A stretch of 64,000 nt of DNA from Squalus acanthias. Its lineage: Eukaryota. Made by a program: the position numbers and the translations under genes. The stretch covers positions 106,704,001 through 106,768,000 of the forward strand of contig CM059432.1 in assembly GCA_030390025.1 (NCBI GenBank). Direction: 5' to 3'. Each line of letters begins with the position of its first letter. The stretch's first letter is position 1. Positions 26,374 through 40,902 of the stretch are shown piece by piece. The notes under the pieces are model-generated. The model saw only the letters and a list, made by a program, of their open reading frames with translations, did no database searches and was not told the origin of the DNA.

Positions 26374-27344
26374 TGTCCATTCACTCCACAGCAATTAATA
26401 AGGGTACATGCATGTTCCCTCAATTTGTCAGGTTGCATTTGATTTGTTTTCACTACCCAATACTGGATACATAACAGCAGCATTGCACACACAGGTTATT
26501 TGCACTTAACTCCCGAGTTCAGGATGGCAACCAAGTCTGCTCCAGCGTCTTCGATTTTCTGCGGGTCTTTATAGCATGACTCTGGAACTGTATGTTTTGT
26601 TTTTCACTCTGATGCCTATAAATGGGTAAAAGAACACAGTCTTGTGCAGAGGCCTTTCTACTCTATGCTATTACACATGACCCCATAGACTCTGTGTGGG
26701 TCAGTGCCACAGTTTATGTCTGCACAAGTTCTTTTGGACAAAGGTTGCAGGCACACTCGTGACTCTTTTGAAAAGGGCTACATTTGTTAGTATTTAAATA
26801 TTTTCCAAAATATATACTACTTCAAAGGATGATGTTTTGAAGCAAAATGAAGTCCAGATGCTTTGTCAAAACCATGTGAAATGCTGTAGCATTGATTGTT
26901 GAAAAAGAAAGATGTTGGGGACTTTGTGCAAGGACAAAGTGAGTTTTTAATCCTGTCAACTTTGAGTTTTAAGTGTCTTTGACGTCACATTTTCTGGCAA
27001 TTTTTATGTTTTCTGCTCTTTATGCTCTGACATACTTGAGTTTCCAGATTGTTCCATGTTCAGCTTGAGCTTTCCTTAACTTTACAGTTATGTCTGCGCT
27101 GAAACTTGGTGTTGTAATCTGGGTTCAGCATTTGATAACTGGGCCTGGAGTAAGACCCAAAATTGAAGTAGGTCTTTGATGCTGATTTGAATGAGGTAAC
27201 TTGCATAATAATACAGGTAGCAAATGAAGATCTAATTTTTAGACTAATCCAATTTCTACTTGTTCTATAAATGAACATCTGACATTTTCTTAACAATGAG
27301 ACTTTTTTTTAGTAAATCTTCAACTACCATCTCTTTACCACTTA

Positions 27345-28615
27345 GAATCATAGAATGATTACAGCGCAGAAGGAGGCCATTTGGCCCGTCGAGCCAGTGC
27401 CGACTGTTGAGGCTGGAGCAGTGTTTTATAAAGGTGGTTCATAACTTCCTTGCTTTTGTACTCTGCCTCTATTTATGAAGCCCAGGATCCCGTATGCTTT
27501 TTTAACTGCTTTCTCAACCTGCCCTGCCACCTTCAATGATTTGTGCACATGTACCCCCAGCTCGTCCCACTCCCCTGCCCTTTCCCTGTAGCCCTGCAAA
27601 TTTTTTTCCTCTAGGTACTTATCCAATTCCCTTTTGAAAGCCACGATTGAGTCTGCCTCCATCACCCTCTCAGGCAGTGCATTCCAGATCCTAACCACTC
27701 GCTGTGTAAAAATGTTCTTCCTCATGTCGCCTTTGGTTCTTCTGCCAATCACCTTAAATCTGTGTCCTCTGGTTCTCAACCCTTCTGCCAATGGGAACAG
27801 TTTCTCTCTATCTACTCTGTCTAGACCCCTCATGATTTTGAACACCTCTGTCAAATCTCCTATCAACCTACTCTGTTCTAAGGAGAACAACCCCAGCTTC
27901 TCCAGTCTGTCCACGTAACTGAAGTCCCTCATCCCTGGAACCATTCTTGTAAATCTTTTCTGCACCCTCTCTAAGGCCTTCACATCCTTCCGAAAGTGCA
28001 GTGTCCAGAATTGGACACAATACTCCAGTTGAGGCCGGATCAGTGTTTTATAAAGGTTCATCATAACTTCCTTGCTTTTGTACTCTGCCTCTATTTATGA
28101 AGCTCAGGATCCCATATGCTTTTTTAACTGCTTTCTCAACCTGCCCTGCCACCTTCAACGATTTGTGCACATGTACCCCCAGGTGTCTCTGTTCATGTAC
28201 CCCCTTTAGAATTGTACCCTTTAGTTTATATTGCCTCTCCTCGTTCTTCCTACCAAAATGTATCACTTCACACTTTTCTGCGTTAAATTTCATCTGCCAC
28301 GTGTCCGCCCATTTCACTAGCCTATCTATGTCTTCTTGAAGTCTATCACTATCCTCCTCACTGTTCACTATACTTCCAAGTTTTGTGTCATCTGCAAATT
28401 TTGAAATTGTGCCCTGTACACCCAAGTCCAAGTCATTAATATATATCAAGAAAAGCAGTGGTCCCAGTACCGACCCCTGGGGAACACCACTGTGTACCTT
28501 CCTCCAGTCCGAAAAACAACTGTTCACCACTATTCTCTGTTTCCTGTCACTTAGCCAATTTTGTATCCATGCTGCCAGTGCTCCTTTTATTACATGGGCT
28601 TCAACTTTGCTGGCA
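27345..28615 (-). mobile_element. 5'-truncated CR1 of a different subfamily, with an internal duplication
   Basis: SGVPQGSVLGPLLF..FADD..; tagaatcatagaat tail; 27406-27560 duplicates 28028-28182. Confidence 0.88.
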
Positions 28616-28747
28616 GTCTAACCTTGACACTTTTACATTTATGTCAGTATGAATAAGCAGTAATCTTTCATCATAGCACTGTAAAGTGCTCTTAATGGTT
28701 CATGAGATGCATTTGTTACTGAAATAATAATTACTGTATTAAAGAAA

Positions 28748-30264
28748 AAGATGTTGCTATGGGAACCCGCCTGCCTTTTCGTGGGATATGTGGAACATTC
28801 TTTGTTCCAGTCCTACTCAGGTCCCCTCCCTCACCTTTTTTCCGGTACATTGATGACTGTATTGGTGCCGTTTCCTGCTCTCGCCCTGAACTGGAAAATT
28901 TCATTCACTTTGCTTCTAATTTCCACCCTTTCCTCACTTTCACATGGTCCAACTCCGACTCTTCCCTTCCCTTCCTCGACTTCTCTGTCTCCATCTCTGG
29001 GGATAGGCTATTGACAAACATCTACTATAAACCCACTGACTCCTACAGCTACCTTGACTACACTTCCTCCTACCCCGCTTCCTGTAAGGACTCTATTCCA
29101 TTCTCCCAGTTTCTCCGTCTCCGTCGCATTTGTTCTGATGATGCCACCTTCCATACTAGTGCTTCCGATATGTCTTCCTTTTTCCTCAATTGAGGATTCC
29201 CCTCTACCGTGGTTGACATGGCCCTCGACCGTGTCCGTTCCATTTCCCGCACTTCTGTTCTTGCCCCTTCCCCTCCCTCCCAGAACCACGATAGGGTTCC
29301 CCTTGTCCTCACCTTTCACCCCACCAGCCTCCACGTTCAACGGATCATCCTCTGCAATTTCCACAACCTCCAGCGTGATCCCACCACCAAACGCATCTTC
29401 CCCTTCCCTCCTCTTTCAGCATTCCGAAGGGACCGCTCCCGCCGCGACACCCTGGTCCACTCCTCAATCACCCCCAACACCCCCTCCCCATCCCACGTCA
29501 CCTTCCCTTGCACGCACAGGAGATGCAACACCTGCCCTCCTCCCTTCCCACTGTCCAGGGCCCCAAACACTCCTTCCAGGTGAAACAGCGATTTACTTCT
29601 ACTTTCAATTTAGTATACTGTATTCGCTGCTCACGATGCGGTCTCCGCTACATTGGGGAGACCAAACACAGACTGGGTGACCACTTTGCGGAACACCTCC
29701 GTTCACTCTGCAGGCGTGACCCCGAGCTTCCAGTTGCCTGTCACTTTAATTCTCCGCTTCACTCCCAATCTGACCTCTCCATCCTCGGCCTCCTACGCTG
29801 TTGCAACAAAGCGCAACGTAAGCTTGAGGAACTGCACCTCAACTTTCGATTAGCTACTTTACAGCCTTCTGGACTCAACATCGAGTTCAACAATTTCAGA
29901 CCATAACTTCTGCCCCCATTTTTTCAGACAGCAGCTGTTGATGATTCTGCCATTCCCATTTACACCTCTGCTAGCCCCATCTTTTGTTCCTTTACTTGTC
30001 CCATGACCATCTCCTTTTGTTTTGGATAATCATAGCTTTTATCATTTAATCTCTCCTGCCTTCCACCCTATCACAAACCTTCCCTTTTGTTTTTTCCTCT
30101 CCTCCCCCCTTTCCCTCTGTCTGCACTTGCTTAAAACATGTTATATCGCAAACTTTTTCCAGTTCTGACGAAAGGTCATCGAACTGAAACGTTAACTCTG
30201 TTTCTCTCTCCACAGATGCTGCCTGACCTGCTGAGTATTTCCAGCATTTTCTGTTTTTGTTTAT
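28748..30264 (+). mobile_element. Penelope-like element, 5'-truncated (RT C-terminus, GIY-YIG, terminal repeat)
   Basis: AMGT, FFRYIDDC, YYKPTD, VYCIRCSRCGLRYIGET; 11-bp duplication tattaaagaaa at 28737-28747 and 30265-30275. Confidence 0.92.
30161..30197 (+). ncRNA. Minimal type I hammerhead ribozyme, one stem II mismatch
   Basis: agtt-CTGACGA-aaggtcatcgaact-GAAAC-GTT-aact. Confidence 0.7.
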
Positions 30265-31202
30265 TATTAAAGAAACACTGCCTAAGATAAGCCTTGATGT
30301 TCCCTAATTACTGGGTTTCACTGCGGAAAAACTTGCAGTATTTTCTGCAGTACCATCTTGAGAACGTGTTAATAAAACTACATGGAATGTGAAAATACAT
30401 GTTCAGTTTCCCACATTCTGCTGACTTTTTTTTCTATGGAAGCCAGAAGAGGGAAAATCATCCCTCTGTTATTCTTGTACACACTTCACTGTGGCAAGCT
30501 AAGAGTAACATTCGCAGAGGTCTAGGAGCAGGGCACTTGGCTGCCCTCCATCTTGACCACAGTCATGCCAACTCTCATGAATTAATCGCGAGACACGCGA
30601 TTTTTCATGAAATTTTAACCCATCTTCCGATTTAACAACGAAATCTTGCGTTTTTTTTCCCTGTGCGCTTTCTTTTTTGAGTCGGTGCGGCTGTAGATGA
30701 TGGAACGGGCAATGGAGCAGCTGAACCAACTGACTCACTTCCTGAGATGGACTCGAACTGTGGAGCTACCTTAAAATGAGTCAGCAGGGCAAGGCCCGGG
30801 GGTCGGGCTGCTTTTGTTGACACTTGGCCCGGCCCAAACTGTCTCCTGCTCCTTACCCTTCCACCCTCCCTCCAGGATTCATGCGTGTGGTTACATTTCA
30901 CGTATTAGTTTTTCTTAGTAAGGGAAGTTTGCAGATTGATTGGAGCCAGAATTTACAAGTACGTGGTGTTCTGTGAAATTCCTAAACTAACACCAGTTTA
31001 CCTGCAATTGGGGCCCATTGCACCACTTCCCCACAGGGATTATCGGGGCGCTGACCAAAGGACATGTCATTTTAGCAGCTTTACAATTCTGTTGTAGACC
31101 TCAGACGGCATGTGAAAAACATCAAGGGTGTCAGGTCGTCTTTAAATGGATTGATAAAAACATAGAAATGTGCAGGACTGGAAAGGTATCATTCTAGTTC
31201 GC

Positions 31203-31369
31203 GTCTGTGAAGAGAGAAACAGAGTTAACGTTTCAGGTTGATGACCTTTTGTCAGACCTGAAACGTTAACTCTGTTTCTCCCTCCACAGATGCTGCCTAA
31301 CCTGCTGAGTATTTCCAGCATTTTCTGTTTATATTTCAGATTTCCAGCATCTGTAGTACTTTGCTTTTG
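31203..31369. mobile_element. Penelope terminal fragment with an inverted 5' segment (hairpin)
   Basis: 31203-31237 is the near reverse complement of 31257-31291; the minus-strand hammerhead core is mutated to CTGACAA. Confidence 0.78.
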
Positions 31370-31754
31370 TATCATTCCAGTTCATCTGGTTGACTCCAGA
31401 GTTCAAACACAATATACAGTTCACCACTTCCATCCCTCAGCTGTTTTTCCTCACCAAATGCTTGTTCAACCCTCAAAAAAGTGTCTTCAGGAGGCCGGAC
31501 TCAGCTGTCAAGACCAGGTCAAATCCATAAAAGTCTCATTTTGATGAACGGCAGTATAATATATATGCCAATCATTTCAGGCAAATCCAAAGTTTTTCAC
31601 TCCAAGTGTCACACGAAGAACTGTTAAATGAATGCAGTATATTTGGCATGTATAAAATGAAGTGTTCAGTTGCTCTTACATTATCAATAGTTGGAAATAG
31701 AAGCAGGAAATATTTTTAAAAATGCAGAGGTATTCTGTATAAAAAAAATGTTAG

Positions 31755-32283
<529 letters not shown>

Positions 32284-33839
32284 TAAGCTTTCCCTCTGCC
32301 AGGGCATTTGTTTCATCTACAGGGGAGTTGGGGCTGAAGACACTTTCCTTCACCAGGCCCCAGAGTGTCTCTTGGTGGGAGGTCTGGTGATCCCTCTTGC
32401 TCTTCGCATCACCAATTTCTCTCTGGATATGGGGGAGAGGAGGGGGCGGGGCAGGACGTTTCTATTGAGCTACCTAGATCTTTAGTCAACAGGGAGAGAG
32501 TTCTTATGTCACAATTGGTTAGTGACAGCCGAAGGCGTTTCCTGTCTAGGAGCAAAGGTTCACGAATGCGCTTCCTGTCCCGGAGCAAAGGTCAACGAGG
32601 GGTCGAGTCGGGAAGAAATTATTAACTCATGATTTCTGGACCAAATATCATGATTTTTAAGAGTTTGCCTCCTGAGGCGGTGGGGTTGGCAATTCTGGTG
32701 TCGTCTGTGGAGAAAAGGGTTTTTGCACCCTTAGAAGTCCTCGAAATGAAGGGGCAAGTTCACAAAATATTTGTACAACTTTTCTCTTGATAGATTTTTA
32801 TTTTACAATTTGTTTGTAGGAGCAAGTGATGTAATATCTTACAAGCTGTGTTCTGCTGATGCCGAAATATCTGTTTTGAAACTCTCATCCTGAACGTGAC
32901 CTTGTTTTCTTTGGATGCAATTTCTATTCACCATCAACTGCCAGTGTGGTTTTTCCACTTGCCAAAGATTTTAAGCTCTATTAAGTCAGTGTTTGAAGAT
33001 ATGACAGCTGCATATTTCATTTGAAATGTTCAGTGGTCTAATGAATAGTTATTCCCCAACAAATGCTTATTCTCTTTGAACAAAGCACTCAGTGTGCAAA
33101 TTTTTTTAACCCCTGACTGGTCAATTTTTTCAGGAATGCCATTTTTTTGTGAGGTGACATGCCTACAGAAGGTGTTACCCTTATTGAATCTCAAACAGCC
33201 TCAACTTCAGGTTCACAGGGCCTATATGCAGTCAGCTGTTGGCATTTAACTTTCCATGTACTGGAAAAGCAATTTGTAATTTTATCCCATGTATTTCTAA
33301 TCTAAGGTTCACCTGGACCTGGTCTCTGCTGGCAGGAGGGTCTGCATCCTTCTGTCAAATTATTTCCGATGCCCCCTTTGACTGGCCAGCTAGAGGCAGC
33401 AGGCTTTGCCCAGATTGGAGATTCCCCGCCCATGCAGTTGGGAGCACTTGTAGCCTCTGTCTGGCCCGAGCGCTATGCAGAGTAATCACTTTATGAAGCG
33501 GGAATGGTCACAATTTTTAATTGTGCAGGAATAGTGGATAAATGTTGCAGGAAATTTAAAGAGGGAAAAGGGCCAGATGAATGGCACTGTGTTTTGGAAA
33601 CAAAAGAATTTCTAAGAGGCCAGTGGTCATTTCAAAGAGCTCTTCCACAAGCATCTCCTTGCAACAATTCAGCAGTTGGTGGTCCTTTAATCATGAAAAT
33701 GGCTGATCATTTTCCATGGACCAGCCTATGGCTGTCATCCAATCTGTGAAGCACAGGGCTTTCCACAGAACATGCTTACAAACTTTCTGTTCTGGTCACT
33801 CAATTGTCACGCTGTTGCTGTTCACTCTGTTTCTGTAGG

Positions 33840-34138
33840 CTTACAATCCTCCAAGAACTCTCTGTCCTCCAACTCTGGCCTCTTGTGCATCCCCAACTTC
33901 CTTCACTATTATTGGAGGAGGCCGTGTGTTCCATTGTCTCGGCCTTAAGTTCTAGAATTCCCTCCTTTAAACCTATCCGCCTCTCAACCTCTCTCTCTCC
34001 TCTAAGACCAATCTTTTAGTCACCTGTCCGAGTATCTCCTTCTTTGGCTTGGTGCCAATTTTTGTCTGATTACGCTGCTGTGAAGCGCCGTGGAACGTTT
34101 TACTACGTTCAAGGTGCTACATAAATGCAGGTTGTTGT
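33840..34138 (+). mobile_element. L2 3' end
   Basis: Matches 21640-21958; ends aaggtgctacataaatgcaggttgttg. Confidence 0.75.
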
Positions 34139-34179
34139 AGCAGCTGTTTTCCTTGCTGTTGTTGATGTGCTGAATTCCA

Positions 34180-35700
34180 AAGTAGTCTGCTCTTTTGCTG
34201 TATTAAATGTTGGTCAATCCGCGTGCTTCAATGCATCTTTTGCTGCCCCACCAAGTTCTTGCCATGTATTAGCTCATTGTACTGAACTCACATGGGAAGT
34301 TTGTCATCATTGGTCAGATCAACATGTCCTGCCAATGCAGCTGTGTGTTGTCTTGGCGCTATTTGATATTCCTCATAATTGGTAATGCGGTCCTGCCATT
34401 TAACATGCATGGCTTATCTGAGGTGGTGCTGGTGAAACTTGCTGACCTCTTCGATGTGCTTGCGATAGTACGGCCAGGTTTCATAAGTATGCAGGAGTTG
34501 AGTGTTCAACCAGACACTGGACCAGTCAAAACTTCTTTCCTTCAACAAAAGGACCTTTCAGAAGTGGGCACACTCTTCTTGATCGTTGAGAGCGGTGTTT
34601 AACGGCCTGCATCTTGGGATGTGCCCATTATGGCGTTCTGTTCAGTATTGTTGATGGTGGATGGTTTGATGTAATGTTTACCAGATGCTGGTTAGTACAT
34701 CACTTCTGTTTTCTGCAGGTCGATAGTCAGTTCCTAATTCTTCACTGTTGCTGCAGATCTGCCTACAATCAGCTGGTAATCCTGAATGTGTGCTGCAAGT
34801 GCAGTCCTCAGAAATAGTTTGTAGACAAGTTCTCTGCTGATCTTGGTCAAAGTGTACAGTCTGCTTAAGTTGAAGAATTTGCCAGAGGTTCAAAATCTGA
34901 TGCTTATGCCTGCATTTGGATCTTTTGTGACCGCATCAATCGCTGCTGAATAGAGACCAAAGACTCTGTTCAGGAGCACAGCACTGTTTGACCCCCCCCT
35001 TCCCAGTGGAAATATTTAATGGTTTGGAATAGACAACATCCGCACATATTTTGCCCAGTTGGCAAATGATCTGATCAGGTCTGCTAGCTGTCGATTTTTT
35101 TTTTTTTCAGATTGGTAACGACTGAGTGTTCTCTATTTTCTCACGTATTGCATGTGACGGAAATCATGTTGCTGATTGCTCTGAATCAGCTTTGGGTTTC
35201 CAGAAGTACCATTGGCAAGAAGGGGTTTGAGGCTCATCCTCTGGAGAATCCTGCCAGTGATGGATAAGGAGACGATGCTTCCATAGTTACTGCACTCATA
35301 TTTGTTTTTTTTTATACTTGTATATAACATTAGTTGCAGCTTCAAGATCCTGAAGGACTGCAGTATCTCTCCAAAATAGCGCAGAATTAATCAAGCCTTG
35401 TAACCAGTGCATTGTTTCTACGTTTGTAGACCTCTGTTGGCATTCTGTTAGGATCAGGATGTTTTCTGCTCTTCAGCATCCTGGCTACCTTATTTTTAAT
35501 CTAACATGGGAGGTTCATCCATATTTTTGCCGATAGGTAGTATTACCTTCTCTGTAGCTTGACCTGTGATGTTGGATAGCTGATTTAAAATCCTTTCGTC
35601 ACCTTTGCAGGATTTCAACTTTGTTCGTGATTCGCGTGCAGCCATCTGTGCCCTTCATTGGGGCAGAACTAGCCTCCCTTGGTTTGGAAAATTCCTTCAG
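34180..35700 (-). mobile_element. Highly degenerate RTE-like LINE
   Basis: Weak remnants only, e.g. ECSNYGSIVSLSITGRIL resembling NYRGISLLS..GK. Confidence 0.45.
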
Positions 35701-35823
35701 AACATTGTGGATGTTTTGCATGTCTTGGTTAGCAAACAAATAAAACTTTCCTGCCATTGGTCTTGCATCTGTCATCATTTTAAGGACTAGACTGGTAGAT
35801 TATAGATTATTATTGCTCTATAG

Positions 35824-36718
35824 CCGGGGTTCTCAACCGGGCGTCCGTGGCCCCCTAGGGGCTGCCATAAATAACCTCCGGAATTTAAAAGAAAAATAGA
35901 CCGTTGTGTAAAGGCGGGTTTGAGCTGAGCTCCAGTCCCGCCTCACGAACGTGTGTGTCCTGACGGCGGTAGCTGTTCGGCCTGCGGTCGCTGAGCGCAG
36001 ATCGCCCAGCTCAAGCTCTCCTCTGGCCAGGTCCCGCTGGTTATACGGGCGGCTGGCCCAACAGTTCCATTGCAGCCGGCAGAGCGCCGCTGGACCACCT
36101 CCATGTCCACCTGATTCGACATCTAGACTCGTGACCAAAAGCGTCCGACTGCACCCTTATCTTGTTCTGCGCAATATCGGTCAGCTCATAGATTTTAGCA
36201 AGAGTGTTGACTCACGCTGTAGTATATTTACAAGGGTGCTGGCTGCTCTTTGATGCCTAACCTCATTCATTCTTCACCTTCATCTTGAGTGTTAGCAGTC
36301 TTGCTCTACCAAGGAGGGCATCACAGGCAGACCGGATTGTTCGCACCCAATGTTGGCCTCCAGCTTGGATTTCTTCCTTCCAGAATTGTCCTGGATAAGC
36401 CAGGAATAAAATATTAATCTGGCCATTGCTGCGAGCAATTTGGGAGAAAAATCATACGAGCCTTAAAAAAAAATAGTTTTTTTCATTTTCATTGTACACT
36501 TTTGTTTATTAGTTATGAAAATATTGGAGATGGATGAAAATAGCTGCTTGACTGACAATCAAGCAGAGAACCGGGACCGGCTGATATGCCGGGAACAGTC
36601 GGTGTGGGAGTCGGGGGTTGTGGGGAAAGAGGGATATTTGTATTATGTTACAGGGGGTCCGTGGAATTTTTATAACACAGGAGGGGGGCCTCAAAAGCAA
36701 AAAGATTGAGAACCCCTG
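35824..36718. mobile_element. Non-autonomous hAT (Charlie-like) element
   Basis: TIR C(C/A)GGGGTTCTCAA; 8-bp duplication ctctatag (35816-35823) / ctctatcg (36719-36726). Confidence 0.88.
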
Positions 36719-37042
36719 CTCTATCGGTAGTCCTCCATTCTAAGGAGTAGACTGGAGTACTACATATAGAGCAGTAATCTAATAAAAAATAGCTAGCACA
36801 GATTTAGAAGGGGAAGTTCCTGCCTAACAAATCTCTTCGAACTCTTTGAAGACATTACAGATAGGTAAATAGTGAAACTCCCTATAGAATTCGATAAGGT
36901 GCTACACAAGAGGTTGTGGCACAAGATTAGGGCTCATGGGATTGGGGATAATATATTAGCAAGGATTGAAGATTGGTTAAAGGACAGAAAACAGTAGGAA
37001 TAAATGGGTTATTTTCGGGAAGGCAGGGTGTAAATAGTGGAG

Positions 37043-38080
37043 TTTTTTTTTTATTCGTTCCTGGGATGTGGGCGTCGCTGGCAAGGCCAGCATTTATTGC
37101 CCATCCCTAAATGCCCTTGAGAAGGTGGTGGTGAGCCGGCCTCTTGAACTTCTGCAGTCCCTATGGTGACTATACTCCCACAGTGCTGTTAGGAAGGGAG
37201 TTCCAGGATTTTGATCCAGTGATGATGAAGGAACGATGATATATTTCCAAGTCAGGATGGTGTGTAACTTGGAGGGGAACTTGCAAGTGATGGTGTTCCC
37301 ATGCGCCTGCTGCCCTTGTCCTTCTAGGTGGTAGAGGTCACGGGTGTGGGAGGTGCTGTTGAAGAAGCCTTGGCGAGTTGCTGCAGTACATCTTGTAGAT
37401 GGCACGCACTGCAGCCACTGTGCGCCGGTGGTGGAGGGAGTGAATGTTTAAGGTGGTGGATGGGGTGCCAATCAAGCGGGCTGCTTTGTCCTGGATGGTG
37501 TCGAGCTTCTTGAGTGTTGTTGGAGCTGCACTCATCCAGCAAGTGGAGAGTATTCCATCACACTCCTTACTTGTGCCTTGTAGATGGTGGAAAGGCTTTC
37601 GGGAGTCAGGAGGTGAGACGCTTGTCGCAGATTACCCAGCCTCTGACCTGCTCTTGTGGCCACATTATTTATGTGGCTGGTCCAGTTAAGTTTCTGGTCA
37701 ATGGTGACCCCCCAGGATGTTGATGGTGGGGGATTCAGCGATGGTAATGTCATTGAATGACAAGGGGCGGTGGTTAGACTCTCGCTTGTTGGAGATAGTT
37801 ATTGCCTGGCACTTGTGTGGCGCAAATGTTACTTACCACTTATCAGCCCAAGCCTTAATGTCGTCCAGGTCTTGCTGCATGTGGGCATGGACTGCTTCAT
37901 TATCTGAGGAGTCACAAATAGAACTGAACACTGCAATTATCAGCGAACATCCCCACTTCTGACCTTATGATGGAGGGAAGGTCATTGATGAAGATGGTTG
38001 GGCCTAAGACACTGCCCTGAAGAACTCCTGCGGTGATGTCCTGGGACTGAGATGATTGACCTCCAACAACCACAACCACC
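37043..38080 (-). mobile_element. CR1-Zenon-like LINE, 3' fragment
   Basis: GVTIDQKLNW, LSTIYKAQVRSVMEY, LDTIQDKAARLI; A-rich tail at 37043. Overlaps 50590-50850 in sequence. Confidence 0.8.
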
Positions 38081-38193
38081 TACTGCAAGGATCAGTGCTT
38101 GGGTCTCAGCTATTTACAAGCTGTATCAATGACATAGATGAGGAGACTAAGTATAGTATATCCAAGCTTGCTGATGTTACAAAATTAGGTGGG

Positions 38194-40756
38194 AAACATA
38201 GAAACATAGAAAATAGGTACAGGAGTAGACCATTCGGTCCTTCGAGCCTGCACCGCCATTCAATGCGTTCATGGCTGAACATGCTACCTCAGTACCCCAT
38301 TCCTGCTTTCTCGCCATACCCCTTGATCCCCCTAGTTGTGAGTGTTATATCTTACTCCCTTTTGAATATATTTAGCGAACTGGCCTCTACAACCTTCTGT
38401 GGAAGAGAATTCCATAGATTCACCACTCTCTGGGTGAAGAAGTTCCTCCTCAGCTCAGTCTTAAATGGCTTCCCCTTAATCCTTAGACTGTGACCCCTGG
38501 TTCTAGTTTTCCCTAACATTGGGAACATTCTGCCCGCATCTAATTTGTCTAAACCAGTCAGGATTTTAAATGTCTCTATAAGATCCCCCCTCATTCTTCT
38601 GAACTCCCAGAGGATACAAGTTCAGTTGACCCAATCTTTCTTGATATGTCAGACCGGCCATCCCAGGAATCAATCTAGTGAACCTTCGCTGCACTCCCTC
38701 AATAGCAAGAATGTCCTTCCTTAAGTTAGGAGACCAAAACTGCGCACAGTACTCCAGGTGTGGCCTCACCAAGGCCCTGTACAACTGCAGCATCACCTCC
38801 CTACTCCTGTACTCAAATCCCCTTACTATGAAGGCCATCATTCCGTTTGCTTTCTTGACTGCCTGCTGCACTTGCATTCCCACCTTCAGTGACTGATGTA
38901 CCATGACGCCCAGGTCTCGTTGCACCTCCCCTTTCCCTAATCTGCCACCATTCAGGTAATAGTCCGCCTCTCTATTTTTACCACCAAAGTGGATAACCTC
39001 ACATTTATCCACATTGTACTTCATCTGCCATACATTTGCCCATTCACCCAACCTGTCCAAGTCACTCTGTAGCCTCCTAGCATCCTCCTCATTGTTCACA
39101 CTGCCTCCCAATTTAGTGTCATCCGCAAATTTGGAGATATTACATTTAATCCCTTCGTCCAAATCATTAATATATAATGTAAACAGCTGGGGTCCCAGCA
39201 CCGAACCCTGCGGTCACTGCCTGCCATTCTGAAAAGTACCCATTTACTCCTACTCTTTGTTTCCTGTGTGCCAACCAGTTCTCAATCCACGTCAACACAT
39301 TACCCCCAATCCCATGTGCTTTAACTTTGCTCACCAATCTCTTGTGTGGGACCTTGTCGAAGGCCTTCTGAAAGTCCAAATACACCACATCTACTGGTTC
39401 CCCCCTGTCCACCCTATTGGAAACATACCCAAAAAATTCCAGAAGATTTGTCAAGCATGATTTCCCTTTCACAAATCCATGCTGACTTGGACCTATCATG
39501 TCGCCACTTTCCAAATGGTCTGTTATGACATCTTTAATAATTGATTCCATCATTTTACCCACGACCGATGTCAGGCTGACCGGTCTATAATTCCCTGCTT
39601 TCTCCCTCCCTCCTTTTTTAAAAAGAGGGGTTACATTGGCCACCCTCCACTCCATCGGAACTGATCCAGAGTCTAAGGAATGTTGGAAAATGATCGTCAA
39701 TGCAGCCACTATTTCTAAGGCCACCTCCTTAAGTACTCTGGGATGCAGACCATCAGGCCCCGGGGATTTTTCAGCCTTCAGTCCCATCAATTTTCCCAAT
39801 ACCTTTTCCCGTCTAATAAGGATTTCCCTCAGCTCCTCCCTCTTACCAGATCCTCTGACCCCTTTTATTTCCGGCAGGTTGTGTGTGTCCTCCACAGTAA
39901 ACACCGAACCAAAGTACTTGTTCAATTGATCTGCCATTTCCTTGTTCCCCATTACGACTTCCCCTGTTTCCGACTGCAGGGGACCTACGTTTGTTTTTAC
40001 TAACCTCTTTCTTTTTACATATTTATAGAAGCTTTTGCAGTCCATTTTAATGTTCTCTGCAAGCTTCCTTTCATATTTTATTTTCCCTGCCCTAATCAAA
40101 CCCTTCGTCCTCCTCTGCTGAGTTTTGAAGTTCTCCCAGTCACCGGGTTTGCTGCTACTTCTGGCCAATTTGTAGGCAACTTCCTTGGTTTTAATACTAT
40201 CCCTGATTTCCCTTGTTAGCCATGGTTGAGCCACCTTCCCTTTTTTATTTTTACGCCAGACAGGGATGTACAATTGTTGTAGTTCATCCATGCGATCTCT
40301 AAATGTCTGCCATTGCCCTTCCACTGATAGCCCCTTAAATAGAAAGGATAGAATAAAAGGAAAAGGGGGTGGGGTAGCATTGCTGGTTAAAGAGGAGATT
40401 AATGCAATAGCTAGGAAGGACATCAGCTTGGAGGATGTGGAATCAATATGGGTTGAGCTGCAGAACACCAAAGGGCAGAAAACGTTAGTGGGAGTTGTGT
40501 ACAGACCTCCAAACAGCAGTAGTGAGGTGGGGGAGGGTATGAAACAGGAAATCAGAGGTGCGTGCAAAAAAGGCACGGCAGTTATCATGGGTGACTTTAA
40601 TATGCATATAGATTGGGCTACTCAAACTGGAAGCAATACGGTGGAGGAGGATTTCCTGGAGTGTTTAAGGGATGGTTTCCTAAACCAATATGTTGAGGAA
40701 CCAACTCGAGGGGAGGCCATCCTGGACTGGGTGTTGTGTAATGAGGAAGGACTAAT
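38194..40756 (-). mobile_element. CR1 with an inverted 5' segment (about 40340-40756 on the + strand)
   Basis: Minus-strand RT up to KGLSVEGQW, then a plus-strand endonuclease piece RKDR..NEEGLIS; (aaacatag)2 tail. Confidence 0.87.
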
Positions 40757-40902
40757 CAGCTGTGAGGAGGACGCAAAGAGCCTTCAAAGAGATGTAGACA
40801 TATTAAGTGATTGGGCAAGAAGGTGACAGATGGAGTATAATGTGGGGAAGTGCGAAATTATCCACTTTGGTAGGAAGAATGGAAAAGCAGAATATTTTTT
40901 AA

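Noticed and set aside
32535..32598. 33-bp direct repeat (RFLSRSKG twice)
   Set aside because: Simple two-copy duplication with no supporting context.
39167..40588. 473-aa ORF with a novel N-terminus
   Set aside because: The N-terminus is the antisense reading of the inverted CR1 endonuclease segment.
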